Shown here piece by piece: positions 1-11,379 of a DNA stretch of 64,000 nucleotides. The stretch's first letter is position 1; the number at the start of each line of letters is the position of its first letter. The notes under the pieces were generated by a model. The model was not told the DNA's origin. It ran no database searches and saw only the letters and a list, made by a program, of their open reading frames with translations. Origin of the DNA: Epithemia pelagica (taxonomy: Eukaryota > Protista > Bacillariophyta); assembly GCA_946965045.2 (NCBI GenBank), contig OX337230.1, forward strand, positions 2,976,001-3,040,000, given 5' to 3'. The translations under genes and the position numbers were made by a program.

Positions 1-2542
1 AAGGACATTGCCGACAAGGACACAAAGCACGAGGAATCTCCTTCCTCGAACGAACCAACAAACGAGTCAAAGGAATCTTTGGCATCAACAACCATTTCGC
101 CAGGTGATGAAGTGTCTATTGCTCAGGAGGATGTCGATAAAACAGAGTCATCATCTACGCCGCCGTCCTCTAGCACTGCCCCAAATAGTGATCGCTTCGT
201 TTCTCCAAAGGATTTTGATTTGCTCAAGGTGGTTGGTATGGGTGCCTTTGGAAAAGTCTTGCAAGTGCGCAATCGACAAAACAAACATGTCTTGGCCATG
301 AAGGTTATTTCCAAACGCGTTCTCAAACGCAAGAGTGGCTATGTGGAAAATATCCGGGCCGAACGTGATATATTGACTCGCGTGAGCAATCATCCCTTTG
401 TGGTTACCATGCATTGTTCCTTTCAAACCAAGGAAAAGTTGTTCTTAATCATGGACTTCTTGGCTGGAGGAGAATTGTTTTTGCGATTGGGACGAGAAGG
501 CATTTTTCTGGAAAAGACGGCGGCCTTTTATTTGGCGGAAATTGTCTTGGCATTGGATCATTTGCATATTATGGGAGTCTTGCATCGCGATTTGAAACCC
601 GAAAATATCTTGTTGGGCAGCGATGGACATGTCTGCTTGACTGACTTTGGACTTGCCAAAGACTTTAGAGGACCGCGCGGGGGCGGGAACAAGACAAATC
701 AAACCGAGGAACGTTCGTCTTCGGTGACACCAGACGAGGAGGAAGAAACAAACGAAGAATCGTTTCGTGCATTGACGATTTGTGGAACCCAGGTAAGGGA
801 AGATTCGTTTGTCAACAAGAGGAAGAAATCATGCGATCCTTTTCTCTGCTTTTTGAATGCTCATGTTGGCTTGTCTCTGTGTTGATTGAATGAATCACTA
901 GGAATACATGGCACCAGAGATGCTGGCGAGACAGGGCTATGGACGGGCGGCCGACTATTGGAGTTTGGGTTGCATTGCCTTTGAAATGTTGTCAGGCCTG
1001 CCTCCGTTTCAACGAAAACGTAATGAGGGGAGCAAGGATTTGTTTCGTAAAATCATGTCAGAAAAAGTGAAAATGCCATCGGGTGCCTCCGCTGAAGCCT
1101 GTAAGTTACTCAAAGGACTACTGAATCGTAATGTCCTGGCTCGATTGGGTACAGCCAAGAGCACCATGTTTGAAACAGGAGGTGTTGCTGGATTAAAGGC
1201 ACAGAGATTCTTTAGTGTCAAGGGATACATTACTGATTGGGATTTGCTGGAAAAGAAACAAATGACACCACCAGAAAACTTGTCCGTTGAAGGAGAAAAC
1301 GATTTGCAGCATTTTCACTCTGATTTTACCAATATGACGTTGCCTCGGTCCGTCGTGGAAATGAATCGAGATGATTTTCATCCTCGAAGAGTCGAGTCGG
1401 ATTTGTTTCGTGGATTTTCCTTTATTCAACAAGACTTTGAATTGCCACAACGAGATGAAATGACCCTCAAAACCTATTGGGAAGCCCAAGCAGAAGGTGA
1501 TGGTGAATCCGTTTCCGACGTGGCCTCGAGCAAAGTCGAAGAGCCGACTGAAGCGACAGATGCACAACCGGAGAAAAAGAAACGACCACCCCGCAAACGC
1601 AAGAAAAAGAACAATGCCAACCAAAAGGATGGAGTCGAGTCTGTGCCAACTACGCCTGCACCATCGACAGTAGGTGCACCGAGCAGTAATGGGGAGGCGG
1701 AAGAAGATGCAGCCGCAAGAGACCTTGACGCCCAAACTTCAACCAGGGACACCGCTACGATATTGTCGGCGAATGCAACAGGTGAGGAAAAGAGTACAGT
1801 AGCCAATGCTCAGCAGTCCACACAAAGTAATGAGCAGACAGGAAAGCCTTCTTCGTCTAGTAACAACGATGCCATGTCAGCAAAACCGTCGAGTTCAAAT
1901 CAGCAAAACAAGGGTGCTTGGTCTCAAACAGGACAACAGCAGAAGCCAATTACACCACTTACTGCATCACCCCGTCAAACGACCCAAAATACACAAGAGA
2001 GTGAATCTTGGCAAGAAGTGACATGTGTCACGAACACGCAAAAAACCGGAGACTTTCGTCGGCAAGCCCAGACTTCTTCAAAGCCTACTTCGCCTGCTTG
2101 GGAAACAGTGGGATCGTCATCCTCTCTCAAAACTCCTTCACGCACCAATGGTGGTCAAGCAGTCAGTTCAACCCCCAACAATCGTCCTGTAGGATGGCAA
2201 ACACCATCGCAACAGCAGCGATCTTCTCTCCAAACTACTCGTCGTCGTCCCGTCGGAGTGGATTCAGAACCGTCGACAGACTGGCGGCAACATGCCATGA
2301 GTCCACGAGCACAGCAACGCTCTTCTCGCAATCCGCAGCAGCACGCCTCCCCAGTTCCTCCATCGCAAAACACAATGCAATCTCCACCCACTTGGCCCTC
2401 GTTGGATCCTCGACCTTCTTCTTTGTCTCAAAGTGCTAGCTCCTCAGGTGTTAAAATGCAGAAGCCGCCGCAAGCGTCCACCAACAAGAACACTCCTCCG
2501 CAAAAGCTTCAGGGAGCTTGGGCTGCCCGGGCCAAGGTTTGA
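1..2542 (+). CDS. AGC-family Ser/Thr kinase (ribosomal S6 kinase-like), 5'-partial, two exons (1-792, 902-2542), long low-complexity C-terminal tail
   Basis: Frame is open from base 1 (the listed start at 79 is TTG). Motifs: VGMGAFGKV, AMKVISK, HRDLKPEN, DFG. Intron 793-901 (GTAAGG...CTAG) joins CGTQ to EYMAPE. AGC C-terminal hydrophobic motif FRGFSF. Confidence 0.88.
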
Positions 2543-2649
2543 CACCAGGCCTCTCTGTCTGTGAACAATATTATAGACATGTAATTACTACAAACTGTAA
2601 CAGTATATTCAAAGTGTCACATTCTAGTGCTGTTTACGAGACTTGATGT

Positions 2650-4860
2650 CGTGTTGTGGAGAGCATTGATGTTCGGTTGCTGATGGAACTTGCTCCATAG
2701 GAATGAAGAGGCAGATCATTTGCTGGATATCACCCGTTCTCGAATAGGATCGTCTGTCCTCATCCAACTCATGTTTGTGGAATATATCGTGTGTTCAATC
2801 GCAAGAACAAAACTGGATGTACTCCCAGGAGCAGCAACAATCTTTCCATTTAGATTTTCTAGTTTAATCCAAGACTTCTAGGACTTTATTCGACCCCTAT
2901 AGAACACCAAGAACCCAGGGCACTCCATTCAGTCAGCATTCCATAAACTCCGGCTTGATATCTAGTAAGAATGTTATTGCTTTGTCCAACACGAACAAGA
3001 GCATCAATAACTGATGCGATTTACATTTCAAGTTCCAGATCGGTTTGATGCCCCCGAATGAAAGGAAAATACTCTCTTTTAGCGGATATTATTGTCGGCA
3101 TTGCAACTGTTGTCGGTGAGCTTTGGAGTCTCGAGGATATCTACCAAGAGCCTGTAGAATCTTTGTTTTAGCTCATGAACTTCCTCTAGACTGATATGTT
3201 TGACAAGAGACCGTGCTCGAGACCATTCCCAGGACTGGAATTGGGGGGTCGAAGACTCGGGAAATTTGTTTTCAAAGACGTTGTCCCTGATAACCTCCCC
3301 GTGATCCAGGATGGAATCTAATCCATTTACCATGGTGCTGATGAAAAGGCGTCGTTGTTTGTTTGGGTTGCTTATCATGCAAGCCTCTATCATGCCGAGG
3401 AGTTTACGAAAATTAGTCGACATGCTGTTGTCTTTCAACTTATCTGCCAACTTTGCGTGGCTGGGGGGAATCTGAATGAAATGAAGCAGAATCACAACGT
3501 AGTTACATGAGCAACAGATGATTGAATTGACGTATACAGCCGATGATAACTTCGTACCGAGACCTTCAGTGTAGACCATGAAGATGTAGTAGAGGAACAT
3601 GAAACGGTCTCTGAAAGATATTCCTCTTCCTCGGGGACAGCAGCAAGATTGATCTTGAACGAGCTGGAAGGATGGCTTATCGTTCTTGGGTATGAAACGA
3701 TCTGTATATGGTATCCCTCTTTCTCCGGGACAACCGGAGGATATTCCTCGTCTTCCGGGACATCAGGGAGACTGGTTCGGAACGTGCTCGCAGGATAATA
3801 TCTCATCATTGCCACGATGATGTGCTTAGCCATTCTTTGATTCATGGCTTCGATTGTATAATGGATGCAACGATCTTTCAATAATGACAGGATAATGGGC
3901 CAACAAACGAAAGCACAGGTCCGGAATATCCACCAAATCTCTGCGCACGTTGGCACGACTCGAAACAAAACGAACCCAACCCATCGATAAAACGCAACCA
4001 AGAAAAATGCAGTCACGACGTACTTTGAATAGCCCGCACCTCTCATCTCCTTGGTGAATTAGTTTTCTGTAATGCCTTTACTCGGATCGGCTCTTTCATC
4101 TTGACTCCATAGAGCACGCGTGTATGGATACACATCTCAATGTTTCAGTCAATGGAACCTTCTCCAAGAAACACTACCGCCCTCCAAGGTAATCTCACAA
4201 AGAAGTGAGTTTTGTCGCTGCGTTGATAGTGAAAAAGTGGCATTCATCTCTTATGGTGCCATTTCGGAAATGTCACCTTGATTGATTCAACCAATTCCCA
4301 TAACATACGACGGTCTTGGATCCACTCCACAGACGGGACTGCTTGAGTTACCCACATGGAAACCGTCTGAAAAGATGTATGGAGGAGGGATTATTCGTAG
4401 GCCAAATCAGACGGCCTCAATCAGATCCATCTGTTTTTCAGGCTGATTTGCAATCAACGCCCTCGTCATGCCATGAAGTTCAAGAAGTTCAATACAGTAT
4501 TGACCTTTTTCGAGCTTGGTGATATGATCGAGGGTACGATTATTAGTCAGGAGCAAAACAGGATCGAAATCGTCTTTCTGGGGCCAAAGCTTGCATGTTA
4601 GCCTTCAGAAAAGTCTCATTCACCTCAAATACTTGCACCTTATCTGGATCATCAAGCATCTCATGGAGAGATAGTGCCAGCCATTGTATTTGCTGACGAC
4701 TCCGACTGCGTTGTAATTCTTGAAGCTGAAAACAATGTGCAGAATCATTGACTCGGTTGACGGTGTCAAGTATCCGTGACAGACGAATCTGATCTTCGCT
4801 GGCTAAGAGAAAGGATCGAAGAAATAGAGTCGGACACATATGTCGGTGATTCCACATCTC
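2650..4860 (-). pseudogene. Degenerate minus-strand coding relic of unknown family (fragmented ORFs 4543-4857, 3492-4046, 3079-3600)
   Basis: Several protein-like minus-strand segments are separated by stops and apparent frameshifts. For example, QALAP continues as QKDDFDPVLLLTNNRTLDHITKLEKGQ in a shifted frame near 4580. No recognisable motif. Confidence 0.3.
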
Positions 4861-4958
4861 ATGGCTCCGTCATGGTCATCTATCGATCGCGGATGAAGTG
4901 AGCGGAATGGAGTCTCGTCCGGCGTGATAAGCCGTGACGCTTTCGTACTCCACAAATT

Positions 4959-5136
4959 TGTCTTATTCTACTTGATAGAATCCGTTCCAAAGAAAGACTA
5001 AGTAGGATTAACCATAACATCCAACGCATAAAACCAGTAAGTAGGTAACCGATAATGACCGTTCCATTCCCTTTTGGTCATTAGTCCCTTACACGTCATG
5101 ATGACGTATCCAATCCGTAGCGACCCGAATGAGACA
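4959..5136 (-). repeat. 3' LTR of the copia element
   Basis: TGTCTTATTC...AATGAGACA, same sequence as 11380-11557. Confidence 0.97.
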
Positions 5137-5147
5137 GTCCCCGCCAG
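5137..5147 (-). other. Putative short polypurine tract
   Basis: Minus strand reads ...CTGGCGGGGAC directly before the 3' LTR. The position fits but the tract is short and imperfect. Confidence 0.5.
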
Positions 5148-5182
5148 TGGATCAACCAATGAGAGTTGAGTTACTGGCCCCA

Positions 5183-8100
5183 TTAGAGGTGTGCGGGATT
5201 GGTCCCATTGGAAGATAAGGACGGAGGACCGCCTGCCCCAAAAGCGGCCGAATACGTAAACTGCGAAATGAGAGTATTCCGACGTTCTCGTGGTAAGATC
5301 TTGGTGAAAAGATCAGCGATGTTGGATTCAGTATCTTCCTTGCCCACACGAATAATAGATGCCGCTGCTGCCTCGCGTACCGAGTGGTAGTTGATAGCAT
5401 TGTGCCTCTTGCTCAAGACTGAAGACGGAAGACTCGTGTTTTTCACGACACCCCGGTTGTCACAGAGAACACTCGCCGGACCAACCAAAGGAACCCCAAA
5501 CATCCGAAGTTTGTACCGTAATGCGACGATCATTTCCTTGGCGATACGAAGCGCGACAAATTCGCTGCCAAAACTTGAAGTTTCAACGGTATTTTGCCTC
5601 TTGGAGTACCACAAGATGGGAGCATTTTGCACAAAGATGAGTATACCGGTGTGAGATCGACGAGTGACGACGTTTCCAGCATGGTCAGCATCCACGAAAC
5701 ATGTGATACTGACAGGACGCCCCAATGGTGGAGGCATTTTACTTGGAATCTCCTCGGCAACTTCGCCGTAAAATTCTTTCCAATCGTCAATTGGCACTTG
5801 GGGAAAACATGACTCATCCAGCACCACGTCCTTTGGATCAAAGACCAGCTTCAGCTTCGAGTGCGACTTGAGGAAAGCAAATATGTGATAGACTGCCTCC
5901 AAGTGACCGACCCTCGGGTTTGCCAAGAATTGTGAAAGAATAGACACTTCCAAGTAGATGTCCACTCGCCCAATCTCCACGGCCCAACGTAACACACCAA
6001 TCAACTGTTGATACCGCGACGTTAATGCTGGGTTGAGTTCCGGTGTTGTGTCCAACTCCGGCTTGTAAGAAGAGACAACCGGTACCTTGGCCGTCGTTTT
6101 AAGGTGTTTCCCGTCCCCGTCTTCCTTGAGAAGATCTTCCACGATTCGAATCGCGTTGGCGACATATTTTTCACTGGACATGCCCCATGCCCATGACCCG
6201 CTTGGCAAGTTGTGTTTATATATCTGAGCGCCGAGATACACTGTTGGCTCACCCACGCTCCCTGCTTTGATCTTGTAATGTTTATCAATCTCGTCAAGTA
6301 CCGGATGCGGATCTTCGCTCACCAGTAGTATGTCATCCACATAGACTAATATGATCTCATAATACTCCTCTCCCGAGCTTCTCCTCGCCTTCCTCCGTAG
6401 GACACATGGATCCGCTTGGGTGTCAACGAAACCCATATCATAAAGGGTCACCATGAGCGTGGCCCGCCAACTTGCACCGGAGGATTTCAGCCCGTATAGG
6501 GCCCTTACCATGACACAGACCTTTCCCTGAAACTCGTTCCCCACTTCCGGACCCCCATGAAACCATATCTTCTCTCGACATGGCGCATTCAAGTAGGCAT
6601 TACCTATATCGCACGCGAGTACCTTTAGCCCATTGAGTGCGGCAATGAGAAAAGCAATCCTGATTGAGTCTCGGCTGACGACGCTCGAGTAGGTCAGACT
6701 TGACGGCGCGTCAGTCATATGCCCCCCTGCCACGAGCCGTGCCTTCCTGGTAAGATCCATTTTTATGTCAAAAACCATATGACATTTAATTTCCGTATGC
6801 CCGATGAGTTGCCGCCCTGCTCGTACCTCTTCTAGATCCAGATCGTCCCTCGCTTCCCATGCTACCTTCACTACCCTGAGTTCCTTGTCTATCGCATCCC
6901 TCCAGAACGTAGTTCCAGTTACCTCGTCAATCTTTAGTGCCTCTTCAACCGAATGGGGTAGCTTTATCCCATATTTCTCCGTGGTCTTCCAATATTTCTT
7001 CTTTACTTTCTTCACCATCCGACGCATATGGTTTAGCGTCTGTGGCACCCACCACTTGAATGCCGGTTCTTCCACTAGCCCTTGTGCGACCGCGTACTCT
7101 GCCAACTCGACTGCGTACCCATTTTTCGCGTCCCTAAGAGGTATCCACATTTGCGTCCCGTCTCGACATTCGACAGCTATTTCCCATCCTTTCGTCGTTT
7201 TCTTCGGGTGCCGATTCCCATTCTGTCCCACATGGTATCCGTCCTCGATAGCCACAGCGTCCCCGTTTTTCCTGTGACCGACGATCTCCTGTATAACGAC
7301 GTATCTCTTTCCCTCCGTGTCCAGCTGTGAATAGAGATTTTCCGCCACCAAGTTGGCAGTGTATTCCTGTATCACGCCACCAGGGAAGCTTACCTGGTAC
7401 GTTCTTGTGTCGAACTTCGGGTTTCGATTGAACTTTCCTACTGGCTTGCCATCTAACCCTTTTTGCCGTTTTTCCACTGTGCCAAACATCTGCTCGCCTC
7501 CCATCTCGACTTGTATCTGTGCTCCGACGTACTCGTCGTATCCTTCCCCGTGCAAATCTGCCTCATCTGTCTCCTCGACGATCATGTCACCATATTCGTC
7601 GTCCGTTGGGACGATCCCGACACGTCCCCGTCTTTCCTCTTCCGGTTCTACATCCTCGAGATAACCCGGCCCATTTCCTTCTTCATCGGTGAAATTCCGA
7701 TCGTCTAACCTCTCCTCAACAATCAACTTGAATTGTTTGACCCTTTCGGCAATGTCTGGCTTTCCCATATCTTCTTCCGTGACATGTTGCACCGTTGTCC
7801 GAGCAATCACCTTTCCCCCCTTTGTCAAGATCCAGTAGCAAAGGTCACTCCCGATTCGATGCGCAATCCCTAACCAGTATCCCAACTGCACGAGATCGTC
7901 CGCTGCATCTGTTTTGGCATTGTTGTGAAACCACACGAGGTCATAGAAGGAAAAATCAATCCACTCCGAGATGTCCGGTGTATCTCCTGAGAGTCGTTCT
8001 AAGCCGGAACGGCCGTCATGTCCCCGGGCGACTCGACTGAGTACACCGGCCTCGTAGACAAGACCATAGTCCCAAAGCCGTCTTGGGACGTGAAGATCCA

Positions 8101-10759
8101 TGGCACGTCTGTGCCACCTCTGTTTGAGCAACCCGATCTCGCGTTCGGCACGGTGATTCTGTTTCCCCGTATTGCGCTCTGTCCAGTGCATGTCGATACG
8201 ATGCATGCGGACCAATTTCTGGAACATGGTGGATTCACCAACCTGCTCTCCGGCCATATCTGCCGTCATCTTGTCGGGTATGCCGACTTCATCAATAAAC
8301 CTTGCAAGCGCTTGCCCGACATGTGCCTTGCTGACCATGGGATAAACCGAGGTGAACTGCCCGTCGGTGAAGACTTGGGCACACTTGTTCCCTGACAGCG
8401 AAGTCGTTTTCGAAAATAGAGTGTCAGTATAGATACGCGTTTGCAATCTGTTACGATGTAGGGCTAAGTTATCCACGCGGTATCGTCGTGTGATAGGCGA
8501 GATAGCCGTCCGGATCCCCTGTTGGGTGGTTACTCGGAGGGTAGCCCGAGCCGAATCGAGTCCAATGCGCCACTTGCGACTGAGTGATTCCGGTGTGACT
8601 GCCCCATGTCGCGTGCTCTCCACCTGCTTGACACGCGGACGAGCGGCCAGCTCGCGGTTGATTCCTTGAGGTACCAGAGCAGCCGAGATCGCTCCGACCC
8701 CGGCCATGCCCATGTCATGCGTCTCGAGGTACCGACTGTCCCCTTTTTGCAACAAGTCTACCGTATGGGGATCCCATGTTTCCTGCCGAGTAAGGACGAC
8801 TGACGGCAAACTCTCAATGTCTTGAGGACTGGGTGCCCGGGACTCAAAATACACCGTCGTTCCGCGTAGCTGAAACGGAATGTGGAACCCATCAATCCAT
8901 ATCCCAAACCCTTCCTTGTCCTGCCGCGTCGGATCATCTCGGACGTCATGCCCCGCGTGGCGCACCTGATTTTGATTCAATAAGGATTTGTCTAATTTGT
9001 TACCGAACCACAGCATCTGATGACCAATAATCACAATTTCCATCCCAGACTTCCGATCCCTCACCACCGTTGCACATGTCGCGACTGGGACGGATGTTGC
9101 CCCCACTTGATTGCCAGCGAAATCATTCACTGTGCATTCCATGCCAGTTGTCTCCACCAAGGTCCAGTTGCGTCCAGCGCAACACGTATCTGCCATGGTA
9201 TCCATTTCGTTTCTACCAGTCTCTCCCCCGGATCCTTGCTTCAACAACCAACCTTTCTCCACCTTCCCGACCCGTCTCTGCGGACCACAATTCACTACCG
9301 ATACGCCATGGCGGCTGCTCCCCGAATCGTCCCCATAAGCCCCGTTTCCGAATCTTCTCCCATTGGTGCTTCCGCGCTCTCCCTGAGTATTGCTGTCACT
9401 TCCCCTATTGCCGTCACTTGCCCCATTGCCCCCGCTGGTGGTGCGATTCCCCTCGTTGGTGATATCCGTGATGACGGATTGGTTCTCCATTTGAATTTCG
9501 GCTACCCCACGGCCTCCACCATGTCGTCCACCACCATGTCCTCGTCCACCGCGACCACGTCCCCGGCCACCGAAAGTACGACCGCCACCACGACCGCCTT
9601 GTGCTCGAACACGTTCCCGTTCCTGATGGATGTAAGCTTGGCCACTGGGGCCTAACAAGTTCATTTCTTGGCTTGAGAATCGGCGGGTGACATCAGTCAC
9701 GTCCACGCCAAAGAAGGTGTAAACGCCATTGTTTTGCTCAAGGCCGGTAAAATTGCGCGGCCGATTACTTGATGTGGCTTCCGAAACAAAGCGGTGACGT
9801 CCTTGGTTGCGACGGTTTCCAACAGCGACATCCGGGTAGATGTCAGATATCTCTCGAGAGATATACGCAATAGCCCCTTGAAGATCGGTCCTGTGGTTGC
9901 TTCGAACGTACGACTTAATCACAGCAAATTCCGCTGTCGCCACCTTCATATTGTCGATGAGAATCTTGACCTGGTTCGCCGTAGACCGGCGGTTTGGGGT
10001 GCTATCCAACGTCCGAAAAGCACGCAATAGTTGTGCCGAGTACGAGTCAAAACTAAATACACGTTCGTTTTGATAGACCACCGTTTCTAAAATAGCTTCA
10101 GCCTTGGAGATGCGACGTTCCTTCTGTCCCCCCCCATCGAAATGATCGACCAATGCCATCCATGCGCGTCGACCATCTTGTGAAGCCTGGAAAGGCTGAA
10201 TCCACGTCGCAGGTTGATCCTTGACAAGGTCACTCAATAGGCGAAACACTTCCTTGTTGTCCTCTTTGAAGTACGGCCCACCTAGAGGGTAGCTATAGAG
10301 CTCTTGTTCCCTAGTGCTTGCAAAGACATGGGTAGGCGCTAAGTCGGGACGAATCACGTAGTCCAATGGTGCCTTCTGTTTTCCATAGATATGGGACAGG
10401 TACGTTGGGAACTCTTGACTCCAATCCTCCCATTCTTCTTCCTTGAGGGCAGAGGGCTTAATATCAGGTGCAGAGGATTTCTCCGACTGGATCTCCATCG
10501 CGTCCAGGGATTCGTCTAGGACAGCGGTTGTGAAGTCTCCGTAGTTAAGCGGACGACCTTGACGACGCGCTCTGGCTGACCAGAAGCACATTCCTTGAAT
10601 GTTCTTTACGACGCTTGAAGGAATTGCCACGTTGTGAGGGTACGGGCGCTTTTCCAGCCTCGACACCAGTTGGGTCACGTCATCCGATGTCATTCTTCCA
10701 TATGACTCTAGGGTGTTAAGGCGTTCGGTATGTTCTAGGGCGTATATTTCGAGCCACAT
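5183..10759 (-). CDS. Copia Gag-Pol polyprotein (1858 aa)
   Basis: Protease-like EMDTMADTCC. Integrase YTDT/ADMAGEQ/NHRAERE. RT KARLVAGGH and YVDDIL. RNase H FVDADHAG, SSFGSEF, IADLFTK. Integrase precedes RT. Confidence 0.95.
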   Translation of the reverse strand: MWLEIYALEHTERLNTLESYGRMTSDDVTQLVSRLEKRPYPHNVAIPSSVVKNIQGMCFWSARARRQGRPLNYGDFTTAVLDESLDAMEIQSEKSSAPDIKPSALKEEEWEDWSQEFPTYLSHIYGKQKAPLDYVIRPDLAPTHVFASTREQELYSYPLGGPYFKEDNKEVFRLLSDLVKDQPATWIQPFQASQDGRRAWMALVDHFDGGGQKERRISKAEAILETVVYQNERVFSFDSYSAQLLRAFRTLDSTPNRRSTANQVKILIDNMKVATAEFAVIKSYVRSNHRTDLQGAIAYISREISDIYPDVAVGNRRNQGRHRFVSEATSSNRPRNFTGLEQNNGVYTFFGVDVTDVTRRFSSQEMNLLGPSGQAYIHQERERVRAQGGRGGGRTFGGRGRGRGGRGHGGGRHGGGRGVAEIQMENQSVITDITNEGNRTTSGGNGASDGNRGSDSNTQGERGSTNGRRFGNGAYGDDSGSSRHGVSVVNCGPQRRVGKVEKGWLLKQGSGGETGRNEMDTMADTCCAGRNWTLVETTGMECTVNDFAGNQVGATSVPVATCATVVRDRKSGMEIVIIGHQMLWFGNKLDKSLLNQNQVRHAGHDVRDDPTRQDKEGFGIWIDGFHIPFQLRGTTVYFESRAPSPQDIESLPSVVLTRQETWDPHTVDLLQKGDSRYLETHDMGMAGVGAISAALVPQGINRELAARPRVKQVESTRHGAVTPESLSRKWRIGLDSARATLRVTTQQGIRTAISPITRRYRVDNLALHRNRLQTRIYTDTLFSKTTSLSGNKCAQVFTDGQFTSVYPMVSKAHVGQALARFIDEVGIPDKMTADMAGEQVGESTMFQKLVRMHRIDMHWTERNTGKQNHRAEREIGLLKQRWHRRAMDLHVPRRLWDYGLVYEAGVLSRVARGHDGRSGLERLSGDTPDISEWIDFSFYDLVWFHNNAKTDAADDLVQLGYWLGIAHRIGSDLCYWILTKGGKVIARTTVQHVTEEDMGKPDIAERVKQFKLIVEERLDDRNFTDEEGNGPGYLEDVEPEEERRGRVGIVPTDDEYGDMIVEETDEADLHGEGYDEYVGAQIQVEMGGEQMFGTVEKRQKGLDGKPVGKFNRNPKFDTRTYQVSFPGGVIQEYTANLVAENLYSQLDTEGKRYVVIQEIVGHRKNGDAVAIEDGYHVGQNGNRHPKKTTKGWEIAVECRDGTQMWIPLRDAKNGYAVELAEYAVAQGLVEEPAFKWWVPQTLNHMRRMVKKVKKKYWKTTEKYGIKLPHSVEEALKIDEVTGTTFWRDAIDKELRVVKVAWEARDDLDLEEVRAGRQLIGHTEIKCHMVFDIKMDLTRKARLVAGGHMTDAPSSLTYSSVVSRDSIRIAFLIAALNGLKVLACDIGNAYLNAPCREKIWFHGGPEVGNEFQGKVCVMVRALYGLKSSGASWRATLMVTLYDMGFVDTQADPCVLRRKARRSSGEEYYEIILVYVDDILLVSEDPHPVLDEIDKHYKIKAGSVGEPTVYLGAQIYKHNLPSGSWAWGMSSEKYVANAIRIVEDLLKEDGDGKHLKTTAKVPVVSSYKPELDTTPELNPALTSRYQQLIGVLRWAVEIGRVDIYLEVSILSQFLANPRVGHLEAVYHIFAFLKSHSKLKLVFDPKDVVLDESCFPQVPIDDWKEFYGEVAEEIPSKMPPPLGRPVSITCFVDADHAGNVVTRRSHTGILIFVQNAPILWYSKRQNTVETSSFGSEFVALRIAKEMIVALRYKLRMFGVPLVGPASVLCDNRGVVKNTSLPSSVLSKRHNAINYHSVREAAAASIIRVGKEDTESNIADLFTKILPRERRNTLISQFTYSAAFGAGGPPSLSSNGTNPAHL

Positions 10760-11341
10760 ACACTAAGTGCCATTCCCACAGCAGAGAGGGGTGGTGGTGG
10801 TGCTGGAACGCCTGGAGGTATTCCACCTCCTCCTCCTCCTCCAGCGCCACCACCGCCTGCTCCTCCTCCTCCGCCTCCAGCGCCGCCGCCTGCACCTCCT
10901 CCTGCACCTCCTCCTGCAGCACCGCCGCCACCTCCGCCTCCTGCGGCACCGCCACCATGTCCGCCTCCTCCCGCTCCCGGCGCACCACCTCCTGCACCGG
11001 CGCCACCGCCGGCACCTCCCGTTCCAGCGCTACCTGCGCCAATCCCAGGCGCACCACCTGGTGCCGCCACTCCCGGGGCCGTTCCTGCAGCTGTCCCTGC
11101 TGCGGTTCCTCCTGTAGTTCCAGGTACACCTCCCGGCGGGTCACTCCCTCCCGCTCCCATTCCCATACTTGCGCCATGGCGTGAAGTACGATCTCCTCCC
11201 CCATTCCCCGTGGCCCCGGGGTTCCCATTTCCGCTTCCGCCTCCACTTCCGCTTCCGCTTCCGCTTCCGCTTCCACTTCCGCCCCTTCCACTTGCAGTTG
11301 CAGTTTTCGTATTCGATATTCGATCGTGTCGATGTAGCCAT
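10735..11341 (-). other. Gly/Ser/Ala-rich reading frame upstream of gag; probable frameshifted Gag N-terminus
   Basis: A Gly-rich frame (GSGSGSG...GGAGGG...ALSVCG) is open across the region. The ATG at 11341 is in the polyprotein frame but blocked by two stops. 7-nt tandem duplication TATTCGA x2 at 11310-11323. Confidence 0.5.
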
Positions 11342-11362
11342 TCTTCGTTCTCCTCTACCAGA

Positions 11363-11379
11363 CGGTGGGTCTGATAAAC
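11363..11379 (-). promoter_or_regulatory. Putative non-canonical primer-binding site
   Basis: Minus strand reads GTTTATCAGACCCACCG immediately inside the 5' LTR, with no TGG start. Confidence 0.45.

Noticed and set aside
10716-11291. Glu/Ala-rich 191-aa ORF and the overlapping Leu/His/Arg-rich ORFs on the plus strand
   Set aside because: These are alternative-frame shadows of the GGN/CCN low-complexity tract and show no independent coding signal.
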